Origin: Leucoraja erinacea
Lineage: Eukaryota
Direction of reading: 5' to 3'
Length of the DNA stretch: 64,000 nt
Assembly: GCF_028641065.1 (NCBI RefSeq)
Contig: NC_073407.1
Coordinates: forward strand, 13,702,001 to 13,766,000
Both the position numbers and the translations under genes were made by a program. The notes beneath the pieces were generated by a model. It saw nothing but the letters and a program-made list of their open reading frames with translations. It searched no databases and was not told the origin of the DNA. Position 1 is the stretch's first letter; the number at the start of each line of letters is the position of its first letter. Positions 12,501 through 24,863 of this stretch are shown piece by piece.

Positions 12501-15500
12501 CACAGAGTCCTCTGTGACGGAGCTGTTCGGGATAAATCGTTCCAGGGACCCTTGCATACCTCTCCAGACTCTTTTTGCAAACCCACACTCTGCAAAGAGG
12601 TGGGCAACCGTCTCCTCTCCACCGCAACCGTCCCGGGGGCAGCGTGAGCTGGTGGTGAGGTTCCGACGGTGCAGGAAGGATCTAACTGGGAGGGCTCCCC
12701 TCACCGCCAGCCAAGCCAGGTCTTGGTGCTTGTTGGTGAGTTCTGGCGATGAGGCATTTTGCCAGACAAGCTGGGCAGTCTGCTCTGGGAGCCACGCCAC
12801 CGGATCCATCGAGTCCTTTCCCTGCAGTGCCTGCAGGACATTCCGTGCTGACCACTGCCCGATGGACTTGTGGTCAAAGGTGTTGGTCCGGAAGAAGCTT
12901 TCCACAGACGACAGATGGGGGGGCAATGTCCAGCTTACTGGCACATTGCGTGGCATCTGCGCCAGGCCCATCCTTCGCAACACCGGGGACAGGTAGAACC
13001 TCAGCAGGTAATGACACTTAGTGCCCACGTGCCTTGGCTCTACACTCCGCCTGATGCAGCCACACACAAAGGTGGCCATCAGGGTGAGGGCGACGTTGGG
13101 CATGCTTTTACCCCCGTTGTCTGCCGACTTGTACATTGTGACCCGTCGCACCCGGTCCATCCTCGACCCCCAGATGAACTGGAAGACGGCCCGGGTGATC
13201 CCCGTGGCGTAGGAGGGAGGGACAGGCCACACTTGTGCCAAGTACAGCAAACCCGAGAGCACCTCACACCTGATGACCAAATTTTTTCCGGTTATGGAGA
13301 GGGAGCGTTGCCTCCACAGCTCCAGCTTCCTCCCCACCTTGGCTATCCGCTCCAGCCAGTTCTTGTTACTCGCCTCAGCCCCCCCGAACCAGATCCCCAG
13401 CACCTTCAAGAAGTCAGGCTTGATGGTGAAGGGGATGGAAGATCGGTCGGGCCAGTTGCCAAGTTGCCCTGACCCTAGAGGAGCTGACTGGCTCCATCCG
13501 ATCCTTTGACTCGAGTAAAACTCCCGGAAGCGATGGCTTACCGGCTGAGTTGTACTCGGCTCTGTGGGACTGGGTGGGCCCGGACCTGCTGGAAGTGTAC
13601 AACGACATGCTTCTAGCAGGCAGCATGTCAGACTCCATGAGGAAAGGCAGCATTACCCTAATCTACAAGCAGAAGGGGGAGAGGAAGGATATAAAGAATT
13701 GGAGACCCATAACATTGTTGAATGTAGATTACAAGATCCTGTCCAAGGCCATCGCCAACCGGGTCAAGTCTGCTCTGGGACGGGTTATCCACCCGGACCA
13801 AACCTGTGCTGTACCTGGCAGGAAAATCTCAGACAGCCTAGCGCTGCTGAGAGATACCATTGCCTACGTGCAGGACAGACGGGTGGATGCCTGCCTAGTC
13901 AGCTTGGACCAGGAGAAGGCCTTCGACAGGATATCGCACACGTACATGAGGGACGTGCTCTCTAAAATGGGTTTTGGGGAGGGAATCCGAAATTGGATCA
14001 AACTGCTCTACACCAATATCAGTAGTGCAGTCCAAATCAATGGGTGGGAATCAGACAGTTTCCCTGTAAGGTCTGGAGTCAGGCAGGGTTGCCCTCTCTC
14101 TCCTGTCTTGTTTGTCTGCTGTATTGAACCTTTTGCCGAGTCCATCAGGAAGGATGCGAGCATAAGAGGAGTGACATTGCCAGGCAGTGGAGGCATTCAA
14201 GTAAAGACCTCCCTGTACATGGACGATGTCGCCGTCTTCTGCTCGGATCCAAGGTCGGTCCGCAGATTGATCAGCATCTGCGACCAGTTTGAGTCGGCCA
14301 CGGGAGCCAGGGTGAACCGCAGGAAGAGCGAGGCCATGCTCTTTGACAAATATACAAAACATACAAACCACATCTCAGAGAATCAGGAAGCAGGTCACCT
14401 TAGCCCACAATACTGGAACACCTAGGGACAGATCTCCCCTCTCTTTGATCCGTGGATAGGTGCAGGAATAAAGATCTTCAGATACAAAATGAGACAGCAG
14501 AAGCTGGGTATGCTCTCCTTGAAGCTGAGTAGTTCAAGAGAGGTATGATTGAGATTCCCTTTAGTCAGAAATGGGTGAATTTTATCGTGGCTCAGATGTA
14601 ACAAAGCTACATCAGCTTGTCTTCACAGTGGGAGACAAAAGTAACTTCCTAGAAATGTTCAGCTTCCAAAGGTCTAATGAAAGGGAGCAAGTATGTAACA
14701 TTACTAAAAACTGTTTGAAAACCTTTTAGGCCAGTGGGAAGATGTGACCAGAGGTATTTTTACCCAGAGGGCGTTTGAAATCTGGCTCGCACAGCCAGGA
14801 TTCAGCAGTCTACATTCTGTACAGCTCCAATGTTGTGAGTGTCCCAGCCTCCACTATCCCAGTGTGGCGATGCCACTAGTTCTGTTCCCAGTTCTGCCGC
14901 AAATACTGTTCAGATCTGGCACTCAGCCCATTTGCTGAGACATAGCAATACCCTGCACTGTGAACTGTGTGCGCCCAGTGCTGCAGCTGCCATTTGCTGC
15001 CTTGCATTTAATGTTCTAACTGCTGATTTACCCCATTCCTCCTCCGAGTCCTGCTGATTGCAGCAATTAGTGCGGTGGTTCACCCTTTGCTGAACCCAGT
15101 GCTGCACCCACCTTCATTCGCCTGAATGGCCCCAAAACCAGATCCTTCTGTGTCTTCGGCTGTTCTCCTCGTACGAGCCTGCCCAGAAAGAAGGAAGAAA
15201 ACATTCTGATTTGATTAGACACTGATCCTTGGAATGAGCTAATGTAAACACTGCAAGTTCCTGAGGTAAACGGAGATTTCACCTTTTTATGTTGTTTATC
15301 ATTTAATTTTATATCTCTTCTTACTTCAAACCATGGATGGATTTTTTAAATGGCAACTAGATCTCTCCCTCCAGTGATTTGAAAGCTGATGTTGCAACCA
15401 TTCACTCCAATCACATTACTCATTTGATGACTTAATCATTGAGTGGAATTCAGCTAACCCCAAATCTAGAATCAACGTGTGAAGAAGGGTCCCGCCCTGA

Positions 15501-17909
15501 AACGTCACCTATCCTTTTTCTCACAAGATGTTGCCTGACCCGCGGAGTTACTCCAGCATTTTGTATCTATCTCGAGAATCAAACATAGAAACATAGAAAT
15601 TAGGTGCAGGAGTAGGCCATTCGGCCCTTCGAGCCTGCACCGCCATTCAATATGATCATGGCTGATCATCCAACTCAGTATCCCGTACCTGCCTTCTCTC
15701 CATACCCCCTGTTCCCCTTAGCCACAAGGGCCATATCTAACTCTAGTAACGGCTTGACATTTCCCTGCATTATTAAACTCAATTGCTATTAATTCACTGC
15801 ATGTATACCGTTGGGACGATTGACCAACATTGCATTTTGCTGGAAATCATAAATCCAGCCTCGTGCTAGTTTTGAACACACTTCGGGAGTTTTAGAAATA
15901 AATATGAAATTAAGTATTGATCGTTGTTATGCAAGCCAGCTGGGGCTCATTCTTGTATTATAGTTATGATCTTTGGCAGACAAGCGCATTCAGTAGGCTG
16001 AAATAAATAAAAACACTTTCTAAAGGATGAAACACACTATGCACCTTTTCAGTAAGTTACAATATAACCCAATCAATTCTGTGCTGCCATTGGGCAAAAA
16101 ATCACAACTCCCACCAACAGCCAACTCCTTTTCTATTTATCTGTTCTATTCAGACTCATTTCTCTGCCTCCTCTGGTACCACCATTCCTCGTGGTTAAGG
16201 TTACTCAACCCTCTGTAACATTTTCCTGTCTTTCACATGCAGAATATGCTTGGTTATAGAATGATGGGAATTTATACCCCACAAGGAGGCTACTGCATTC
16301 TTGCAAGGGAAAATTTGAACTCTTTTGGGATCTCACACATCCCAGTCCTTGCTCCTTATTCGGCAGGTTAGAGCCATCAGACGCTGACCCAGATGGAGCT
16401 TCCTGTCTCCATATTTTTGTCCAATGACCCAGATGAACGTTTCCTCCACTTCCAACAAAACCTATGTCCACCAGTGAGCGACCACTGTCATGTGAGCCTA
16501 ATTCTAGGTCACCTTGATGGGAGTTCTTCATGATTTTGTGTCATTATTAACTGGCAGCTAACCAAATTTGGATTGTTTTCTCTGGGGCACCTGAAGTTGA
16601 GGGAAGACCAGATATAGTGGTATATACAATGATGACACACATAAATAGGGTAGACAATCAGCACATTTTTCCCAGGGTGGAAATGATAAAAACTAGAGGC
16701 CATAGCTTTAAGTCGAGAGGGGGAAGGTTTAAAGGAGATGTGTGGGGCATGGTTTTTTACATAGAGAGTGGTGGGTGCCTGGAACGCGCTGCCAGGGGTG
16801 GTGATGGAGGCAGATACGATAGTGACATTTAAGTGGGTTTTGAGTATGGATATCCGGGGAATTGAGGGAGTTGGATCAGATTTATTACATTAACTTCAGC
16901 CGCTAAGCTAGAATTAGAAACATTAACAACAGCTCAACAAGCTAGTGTACTGGAGTTACCGCATCGACTTCTATCCCACAAGCCAGGATATCAGAGATAC
17001 TGCATTAAATACTGTTCATAATACCAGTGTACTAGTTACAGAATCATGTAAGTTCCTAAGCATAAAAGCATGGCAGTTACTGAATTAACTACAGACCCCT
17101 TTCCAATGTATCAAATTACTGAATTAATTACTATCTCATAGTCCAATGCACCAGAATAATCATATTACCCATTGCCCAATGTGCCAGATTAGTACAAACA
17201 CCATACTTGCAATAATTACTCATACTGTCCTTTATATCACTTTAACTGTTACAGAATTAACCTCAGTGACTAAGATCAGTGTTAAAGAATTAATTAGAAT
17301 CTCTAAGACAAGTGTAGCAGATTTGCAGCATTATCTAACTGCCGCTGGGCCAAATGTACTAGAAGTGCTGCATTAACTACATATTCTGAGACGTTGTAGC
17401 ATAGTTACTGCATAAACTATAGACCCCTGCCCACTGCATGAGTTATTATGCTAACTACTGTCCCTGCGCCCAGTGCACTGGAGTTATAGTCCCTGTGCCC
17501 AGTATACCAGAGCCCACATCAAGGATAACAGCGACCACATTAACTACAGCTCCCAAGCCTAGTGTACTAGAGTTACCTCATTAATGACAGACTCTGAGCC
17601 TGATGTACTAGAACTACTGCATTAACTACAGACTCTGGGACCTTATTACATAGTTACAGTGCTAACTATAGACCTTGATCCACTGTATGAGAGTTATTAA
17701 GTTAACGACTGTCCCTGTGCCCAGTGTACTAGAGTTCCAGCAACCTACAAGCCCTCGTGCCCAGTGTACCACAGTTATATCTGACATGGATTACCTGATT
17801 TACATTCAAGTTTTCCAAAAGCTGAAAATCAGCATTTGCTTTCGTTGGGACAGCTGTTCCAGTCCCCAGCAACTGCACGGCACAGAGCAGCAACAAGAGC
17901 ACACCACAT
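9474..17909 (-). CDS. AMBP: AMBP-like (bikunin precursor) gene, apparently lacking alpha-1-microglobulin exons 2-6; exon-1 ATG is out of frame
   Basis: Exons (-): 17795-17909, 15112-15178, 11773-11940, 10777-10950, 9474-9502. The downstream four have GT-AG boundaries, compatible phases, and translate to [14 protein letters not shown]...Kunitz1...Kunitz2...GEEELLTVQ*, matching the bikunin half of AMBP. Confidence 0.88.
9840..10620 (+). mobile_element. CR1-clade LINE fragments
   Basis: [30 protein letters not shown]-terminal motif plus 3' tail. Confidence 0.8.
10777..10950 (-). CDS. AMBP: AMBP/bikunin Kunitz domain 2 exon
   Basis: 174 nt, phase 1-1: [58 protein letters not shown]; six Cys, P1 Arg; cag/gtacag boundaries. 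Confidence 0.93.
11773..11940 (-). CDS. AMBP: AMBP/bikunin Kunitz domain 1 exon
   Basis: 168 nt, phase 1-1: [56 protein letters not shown]; gtgagt donor. Confidence 0.93.
11991..14345 (-). mobile_element. Tx1/L1-clade LINE, 5'-truncated with 5' inversion
   Basis: Poly(A) tail and AATAAA on - strand (11991-12023). ORF2 C-terminus with CPRDGC..H..C zinc knuckle on - (12258-13461). RT domain (DQEKAFD, QGCPLSP, YMDD) on + (about 13466-14345). 17-bp TSD ACAAATATACAAAACAT at 11974-11990 and 14346-14362. Confidence 0.95.
15112..15178 (-). CDS. AMBP: AMBP linker exon (RTRR furin-type site, EGSG glycosaminoglycan site)
   Basis: 67 nt, phase 0-1: [22 protein letters not shown]; compare human RVRRAVLPQEEEGSG. 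Confidence 0.88.
16900..17780. repeat. Degenerate minisatellite, unit about 40 bp
   Basis: Recurring ccagtgtactagagttactgcattaactacagaccc-like units. Confidence 0.8.
17795..17909 (-). CDS. AMBP: AMBP-like exon 1 (signal peptide plus lipocalin N-terminus), ATG frameshifted
   Basis: Frame ending at the phase-0 donor cag/gtaatc reads [37 protein letters not shown] (compare human PDNIQVQENFNISR). The only nearby ATG (17909) gives 115 nt, out of frame. Confidence 0.7.
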
Positions 17910-17993
17910 TTTCTTTGATTTGTTCCAAAATAGGACAGTAACTTAGAGCAGCTGAGAGTTATCAGGCAGCCGATGTCCCAATACCAGTGTATG

Positions 17994-18047
17994 TTAAATA
18001 GTGATTGCTAAAAGGTTCACTATTTACTCTTTGTGTTATTCATTAAT
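17994..18047 (-). promoter_or_regulatory. Putative liver-type promoter of the AMBP-like gene
   Basis: TATTTAA (- strand, 17994-18000), FOXA-like TATTTAC (18021-18027), HNF1-like GTTATTCATTAAT (18035-18047, 11/13 to GTTAATNATTAAC). Confidence 0.5.
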
Positions 18048-18499
18048 CCCATCTTGATGGAATGATTGAGAAACCAGCAGAAGCCTTGAGGGGGTAGCTC
18101 AGCTGGTCTGAGTCTGTTAGGAATATGAATTATTATACAGGGTTATTAGGTGGTACTAACTTATTATTACTGCTCTTCATTGAATAAGAGGATCAACCCT
18201 TGGTCAACAAGGAGTGGAGGAAGCACCAGCTCGCCGAAATATCTGGAGCCAAAAGAATGAACCAGCTGAAGGAACTCGGCAGGTTAGGCAGCATCTGTGG
18301 AGGCAAAGGCAAAGTCGATGTTTCGGGTCACGACTGTGCATCAGGACTGCAGTCCCTTGTGTCACTGAAAAATCTTGAGGTGCAGCATTGTGAATCTGTA
18401 ACACGGACTAATTGCATAAGCAACAAAAACAGCATGCTACAGGCAGCACAATCCCTCACAGGCATTGAATAGTGGTGATCAATTAAACAGGAGAAGGAG

Positions 18500-20430
18500 A
18501 CTCTGAGAATATCCCCACCCTCAATGACGGCAGACCCCAAATTGCTAAAGAAATGGTTGAAGCATTTGCAACTATGTTAAACCCATAAGTATCATAGAAC
18601 GTAGAAAAGTATCGCACAGGAAGGGGCATCTTATCCCCATGGTGTCAGTTTACCATGATGACAATCTAATCCAATTCCATATGCCTGTACACAGTCCATA
18701 TCTCTCGGTTTCATGTCTATTCAAATGTCAAATAAATATTCCATCTCAGCTTCCTACTGAGGTGCATGCCATCGCAGAAGCCATTCTCCAGTCACTTTGA
18801 TTCACTCCATTGTAATATCAAGAAATGCTGATAAAAGCTAGATATTGCAACAGCTCACCAGTCAGCAATGCTGGTAGTCACCCATTCCTTCTCTCCAGAG
18901 ATGCTGCCTGACCCGCTGAGTTACTCCAGTATTTTGTGTCTACGTTGGTAAGCAGCCAGTTCCGCTCCTGTTCCCAAAATTGGACAAATCTCTCGTGGCT
19001 AACTACAGCTAATCAGGCCGCTCTCGATGGAAGGCGTCATTGACAGTGTTGCACTCAGTCGCCAATAACCTGCTCACTGTTGCCCAGTTTGGGTTTCACC
19101 AGGATTACTCTGCTCCAGACTTCTTCACATCCAGATGTTGGCAGAGTGCTGAATTCCAGAGGTGAGGTGAGAGTGGCTGTCCTTGACATTCGGGTGGCAT
19201 TTGACTGTGTGGGATCAAGGTGCCCTGAGAAAGCTTCAGTCAATGGGCATCAGAGCAAAAACACTCCAAAGGTTGGACTCATTCCTCACAATAAGGAAGA
19301 TGATTGTGGTGACTGAAATGGTGGTCAATCTTCACAATTGCCGGTCATCACTGCAGGAGGTCCTTAGGACACTGTCCTTGGACCATCCATCTTCAGCGGC
19401 TTCATCAATCACCTTCCTACCCATCATAAGGTTAGAAGTAAGGACGTTGATTGATGATTGCACATTGGGAACTCGTCAGCTAATGAAGCAGCCCATTCAT
19501 TCAAGCAGTGAGAACAAGACAATATGCAGGCGCGGGTTGATGACTGGCAAATAACATTTGTGCAACAGAAGTGCCTATAACAACCAACTCCCCATGACAT
19601 TTGATGGACCATGGCCAAGTCCCAGAACATCAATACTCTGGGTGTTGCCTCTTGACTAGAAAACACAAATTCACAGTAAGACAGCCACATAAAATCTGCA
19701 ACTCCAAGACCAGGTCGGAGGCTGAGTACCCAGCAGAGACTGATTCACCTCCTCAGTGTCCAAGCAATCTCCAGTTCTGCAAGACACAAAGCACTGGAAT
19801 AACTCAGTGCATCAGGCAGCAGTTGTGGAGAGAATAGGTGGGCAACGTCGCATGTCAGGTCCCTTCTACAGACAAATCCATTCCCACCACAGATGCTGCC
19901 TGTCCCGCTGAGTTATTCCGGCACTTTGTGTTTTACTCAAGATTCCAGCATCTGCAGTTCCTTGTGTCTCCATGCAATACCTTCCAACTATTTGCATGTG
20001 TACACCGCCAACAAATTTCAAGAAGCTCGACACCATCGAGAAAAGATCTGCTACATTGATTGTTACCACGTTCATCCCCTCCACCGCGGGTGCTCCAAGC
20101 TTGCAGTGTGCACTGTCTACAAATGCACTGCGGTTACTCACCGAGATGGATTACTCCACAGCACTTCCCAAACTTGTGACCACATTCCCAAGAAAGATGG
20201 AAACAGCTGGGCCACCAGATGAAGGATCCCCTTTCAGACACACAATATCATGAATTGGAAATACATTGTTGGTCCTTTATCACCACTGTGCTTACATCCA
20301 GGAACTCCCTCCCTAAGGAACATTTTCACCAACAGTTCAAGAAGGTAATTCAACACATCCTCTCTAGGTCAATTAAGGATGGACAATAAATGCTGGCCTT
20401 GCCAGTGATAGACGGGTCCGAAAATGAATA
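18500..20430 (+). mobile_element. Old CR1/L2-group LINE remnants with nested short elements
   Basis: Degenerate RT fragments (VRVAVLDIRVAFDCV, QRLDSFL). Confidence 0.6.
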
Positions 20431-21834
20431 AAACAAAGAACAATCTAGGAGGTTCCGATGCACAACATTTCTTTGCCTCAGAAAGGTTGTGAAATATTTC
20501 TCTTCACTCAACTTCTATTGTGAGCAGATGCAGGGTTTGACAACACGATCTCAAAAGTATTCTTCACTTTCTGATAACTGTCAGTAGACTATGGTATGAT
20601 TTCCCACTGTGTTAATACAATTACTTCCATTCAGCAGTGCTTCCTTGGAGCACCATATTGTGAAGTATTCCACGCAGTGTAGTCAGAATAAAAGCTGCCC
20701 TTACCCATTGAATCTGGGCAAACAATACTCAAATATCAGCATCTGAATGTCATATTAATGCATGAATGGGAGATTTTCTTGTAGATGAATTAGTCTTTTC
20801 ACATGTTAGATGTGCAAGTGATTTCCTTGCAAATATCGCATTTTGAAACAAAGTGAATTTGCAGAGGTAATCAGAAGGCTGTGGAGGATATTTTTATGGC
20901 AGAGGAAGATAGATTCTTGATTAGTACGAGTGGCAGAGGTTATGGGAGAAGACAGGAGAATGGTGTTAGGAGGGAGATATAGATCAGCAAAGATAGAATG
21001 GCAGCGTAGACTTGATGGGCCGAATGGCCTAGTTCTGCCCCCATCATTTATGATCTGATGACCTGAAGGAATGGATTGACACATTGTGATTGAAAACTGG
21101 AGTAATCTGTTAAAAATCGATTATATACTTACAAATTGAAGCTTCATCAGCTGACCAAGAAGGTTCAGTCATTCATTAGGCTCAAGTACGTAAGGGTAAT
21201 GGTTGCAAACACAGGGATTCCATGTGGTGGCTACAAACTCCTCAGAGAGGGCTAGTCAGTTTAGTGATAGTCCTACTTGTGAAGGTGTCAGGGCACTCCC
21301 TCCACCCCTCTCCCCTCTCCTGACCTCAGGTCAGCAAAATCTGAGGTCGAAAAATGGATAATTCAGCCCGCAAGGTATGGTACATTATGTTATCCACTTT
21401 GTGTTATTGGTAAGAATTTGGTTTAAGGACGTGAGAGTCCCAGTCCTTCACACATAACCGGTTGCAAGGGGCTATCATGTCATTAACCGGGTGAACATGA
21501 TAGGATCTCCTGGTGATCAACACAAACTATGCTGAGAACAGCAGGCAGCTGCTGTGGTTGAAAGTCATTGACTCCTGGTTTGTGCTCAATCGGTTAATGA
21601 TTCGTTCAAAAAGAAGGATCACAAACAAGACTTTGAGCACAAACCTGAAAATGGAACATCAAAATTCAGTGTTTGTTGAGAAGAGTCCAGCAATCATTTT
21701 GAAATTCACTTAAACTGCAATCAAGGGCTGCCCTGAATGTGACCCAGGAACAAATCAGCAGCAAAATCAGTTCTGACAACACATGCAAGGGAAATAAAAC
21801 AATCCATAAAAGCAAAGTTTAAATGAATAACTGC

Positions 21835-22110
21835 TCGCAGCCCAGCGGTAGAGTTGCTGCCTTACAGCGCCAGTGACCTAGGTTCACTCTGTTTGAGCAG
21901 CGTGCTGTCTGTACGGAGTTTGTACATTCTCCCTGTGACCGCGTGGGTTTCCTCCCACATTCCAAACATGTACATGTTAGTAGGTTAACTGGTTTTGTTA
22001 AATTGTCCCTGATGTGTAGGATAGAACATGTGTGCGGGTGATCATTGGTCAGTGCGGACTCGGTGGGCCGAAGGGCCTGTTTGCACGCTGTATCTCTAAA
22101 TCTAAAACTT
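21835..22110 (+). mobile_element. HE1-type V-SINE
   Basis: Same head, V-domain and tail. Confidence 0.78.
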
Positions 22111-24840
22111 GCAGAAGCAGAGTAATGGAGAACGGGTTCAGGGTTTTCCCGCGCCGCGTACCGACCCACATCCTTGGTGCCGATCGATTCCAGTGGAGAG
22201 TCTGATTGATGGGGAGCTCACTATCCAGTGATACCCTGTGATCGACTGCAGGGAGCTTCCTACAAACCCATGAGAACATCATTACATCTGCTGGCCAAGT
22301 ACATAACTGTGATAAAGTACACCACAGACACCTTGTTTTTCTGTGAGCAAGTAGGGAATTTCCACAATGTCGGGTGGATGCCCCAACGTGCAACATTACT
22401 GGAGTAGCCCAACAAAAGGTACAGTGAGCTCAGCGGCAGGTCTTCAGTAGTACAGCTGCGATCAAAATAAGAAATGAAGGCAGTCAGACTATGAGAGTAA
22501 GTGGGATCTCCCCTGCAACAGCCCGAGAAGTCTGCTGTGTTGAGGTTTGTCCAAGAATCCATTATATTCTCCCATCAAACCCATCTTGCTGACCATATTA
22601 AACCAGGCATGATCGTAAGTACAACAAAGACATATAGAGTCTTCAGGATAACATAATGATTGTGCGTGATCATGGCAGGTGAAATACATAACATGGAGTC
22701 ATCCACTTTGGTGCACCCAACAAGAGCAGAGGATTTGTTAAATGGTGTGGGACTGGGTAGGGTCATTGTTCAAGGGATCTTGGGCATGCTTGCACACAAA
22801 TCATTGTGCGCCAAAGGGCAAACGGTAATTTGAAATTAAATGATAAAAGGAAATGTGCACTAATTCACCCCATTATCCCGCCCTCCCTTTCCCTTCATCT
22901 GTCCCTTCACCTACATCCCTTTTGCAGACTTCACATTTCATGCCACCTCTATCCTTGTCACATAGTCTTTTGTCTTCTTCCCAACCTCAGCCTTTATCCA
23001 CCACATGCCAATCAGCCCAATTACTGGCTCAAATACCAACCCATCACCCACCTAACAACAGCCTCTCCCAATCCATGTGCCTGTTGTGGTTGACGAGTGT
23101 TTGCCTTGCCTCAGTCACTGCACACTTCCCACACTGCACTGTGGACAGAGTATTGACCAGTCTATACCTGAGGCAGCGCAGATGCGATTAATCTGCCATG
23201 ATATGTTAATGTAGACGTCTCCTCCTTACATCCCTCCTCTAGCAGTCTCCTTTGACTTTTAGGCTTCACACTCTGCCGTCGAGCTCTCGGTCATTTACTT
23301 CCGATAGGAGGAGTAGGTCTGCAGGTCAGCATCGGTGCTGTTGTGCCCAGTGAATGGGCATCTAGCTCTGTGAGAGAATCGATGGAACTGTCTCTTGACA
23401 TTAGATGGCCGTGAACAACTCCACATTGCCCGTCAGAGTGCGCAACAAAGTACAGCAAGAAGCAGTGGCCTGGAAACCGATGAGATTGAAATATTCACTG
23501 CAACAGTGTTGTGTGGGGACCACACCAGGTTTGTGCTGAAGTAATCGCGGGTGCACATGATGGTTAAGGTGACCCTGGGCTTTCAGCAGCAGTGTAACGG
23601 GTAGCAACTTGTGAACTTGACTTTGCAACGACTGACTGTGGCCTGGTCACTGAGACTGGCAGTTCCCATTTGGAATCGCAGCTGAACGCACTGTGATGGT
23701 TGAGGGTGACTCTGTGTTCCAGCACAAATCTCCAGGGCACCCCACTGCCTGCTACTCGGAAAAGGACATGTTTGTTCCTACTCTGCTTCCTGATGGCTGA
23801 CCAGATCCCCATCTATATCAACACCTTTCTGCCTGCCCCATGTGCTTTAACTTTGCACACTAAGCTGTTTTGTGGAATCTTTGGGGAGCTTTCTGAAAAT
23901 CCAAATACACCATCCCCACTGGTTCTCCCCATCCATTAGACTAGATACATTATCAAAATTCTTCCTGTAGATTTCTCAAGCATGATATCCCTTTCGTAAA
24001 TCCATGCTGCCTTTGCCGGATCCCATCACCGTTTCTAGTGGTGTCAAGTATCTTCCCTCTATTAAGGCCAACAGGTCTACTGTTCTCGTGTTTTTCTCTC
24101 TCCCTCCTATTTGAAACGCTTGGATTGCATGAGCTGCGTTCCAATCTGTGAAATCTCTGATGCAGAGTCTGAGGAATGTTGGAAAATAACTATCAATGCA
24201 TCCATTATTACTAACGCTACTTCCTTAAGTACTCCGAGATACAGATAGAGCCTTCAATTTTATGTTTTTAATCAGATTAGTAAAAAGTCCATTGGTTGGT
24301 CAGTCCATTTCCGGGGAAGGAGAAGTGGAGGTTGATTTGGAAGAGGTGACATGCTGGCTTTAGAGACGTATTGCAATTGGAAGAGGATATTACGGGTGGT
24401 AAAACTGTAAGTGATGAAGCATGTACTTAGGGCTCCTCTCAGCTCCATTGCTCTGTTGAGCGACATAAGCTCCACCATCTTCCTTAGGGTTTACTTGACG
24501 TCATCAACATCAGATATGGTGAAGAGGCAACTCCAACATGCCAGAAGCAAACACTCCAACCCATGTCTAGAAAAGAGGACTAAAGTGCATTCCGATGCCA
24601 AACTTCCTTTCTCTCTCCGAGCGTTGAATTGTCAAACACAGAGATTGTCAAAGAAATTTGACCAAAGGACATCCTTACACGACAGGAAGGGACATGCGTT
24701 CTGTAAACATGGCAAGGGACCACAATAAAGAAGACAGCCAGAATTTAATAGCACCCTAAAGTTTATTTAATCAATTAGCAGGATGTTAGATCACATCCAT
24801 CAGTTTAGGGGCAGAGTGAGCAAGGCTCAATGCTTCTGGC

Positions 24841-24863
24841 TTAAATGGATCCAACATCATCAT
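24841..24863 (-). CDS. C8G: C8G exon 7 (terminal, DDDVGSI*)
   Basis: Acceptor ccttttatattccacag, phase-compatible with exon 6; AATAAA on - strand at about 24762-24767. Confidence 0.7.

Noticed and set aside
12136-14371. Many overlapping ORFs of 60-200 aa around the LINE
   Set aside because: Antisense or alternate frames of GC-rich LINE ORF2.
16270-16465. Possible decayed A1M exon relics on - (TTTGTTGGAAGTGG, like FVG-W; cttgcaag/AATGC, like EC)
   Set aside because: Needs frameshifts, lacks the conserved Cys-Pro-Trp, and the similarity is too weak to call by eye.
16900-17780. Repeat array superficially like CRISPR
   Set aside because: Eukaryotic intron, degenerate units without unique spacers, no cas genes.
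21500-21560. + strand LLVINTNYAEN resembling the A1M VVHTNYDEY motif
   Set aside because: Wrong strand for the AMBP-like gene, in-frame stop just upstream, no further similarity; probably chance, though a tBLASTn check is cheap.
22130-24740. Unique sequence with 60-115 aa ORFs between C8G and the AMBP-like gene
   Set aside because: No lipocalin or other recognisable motifs and no coherent exon chain found by eye.
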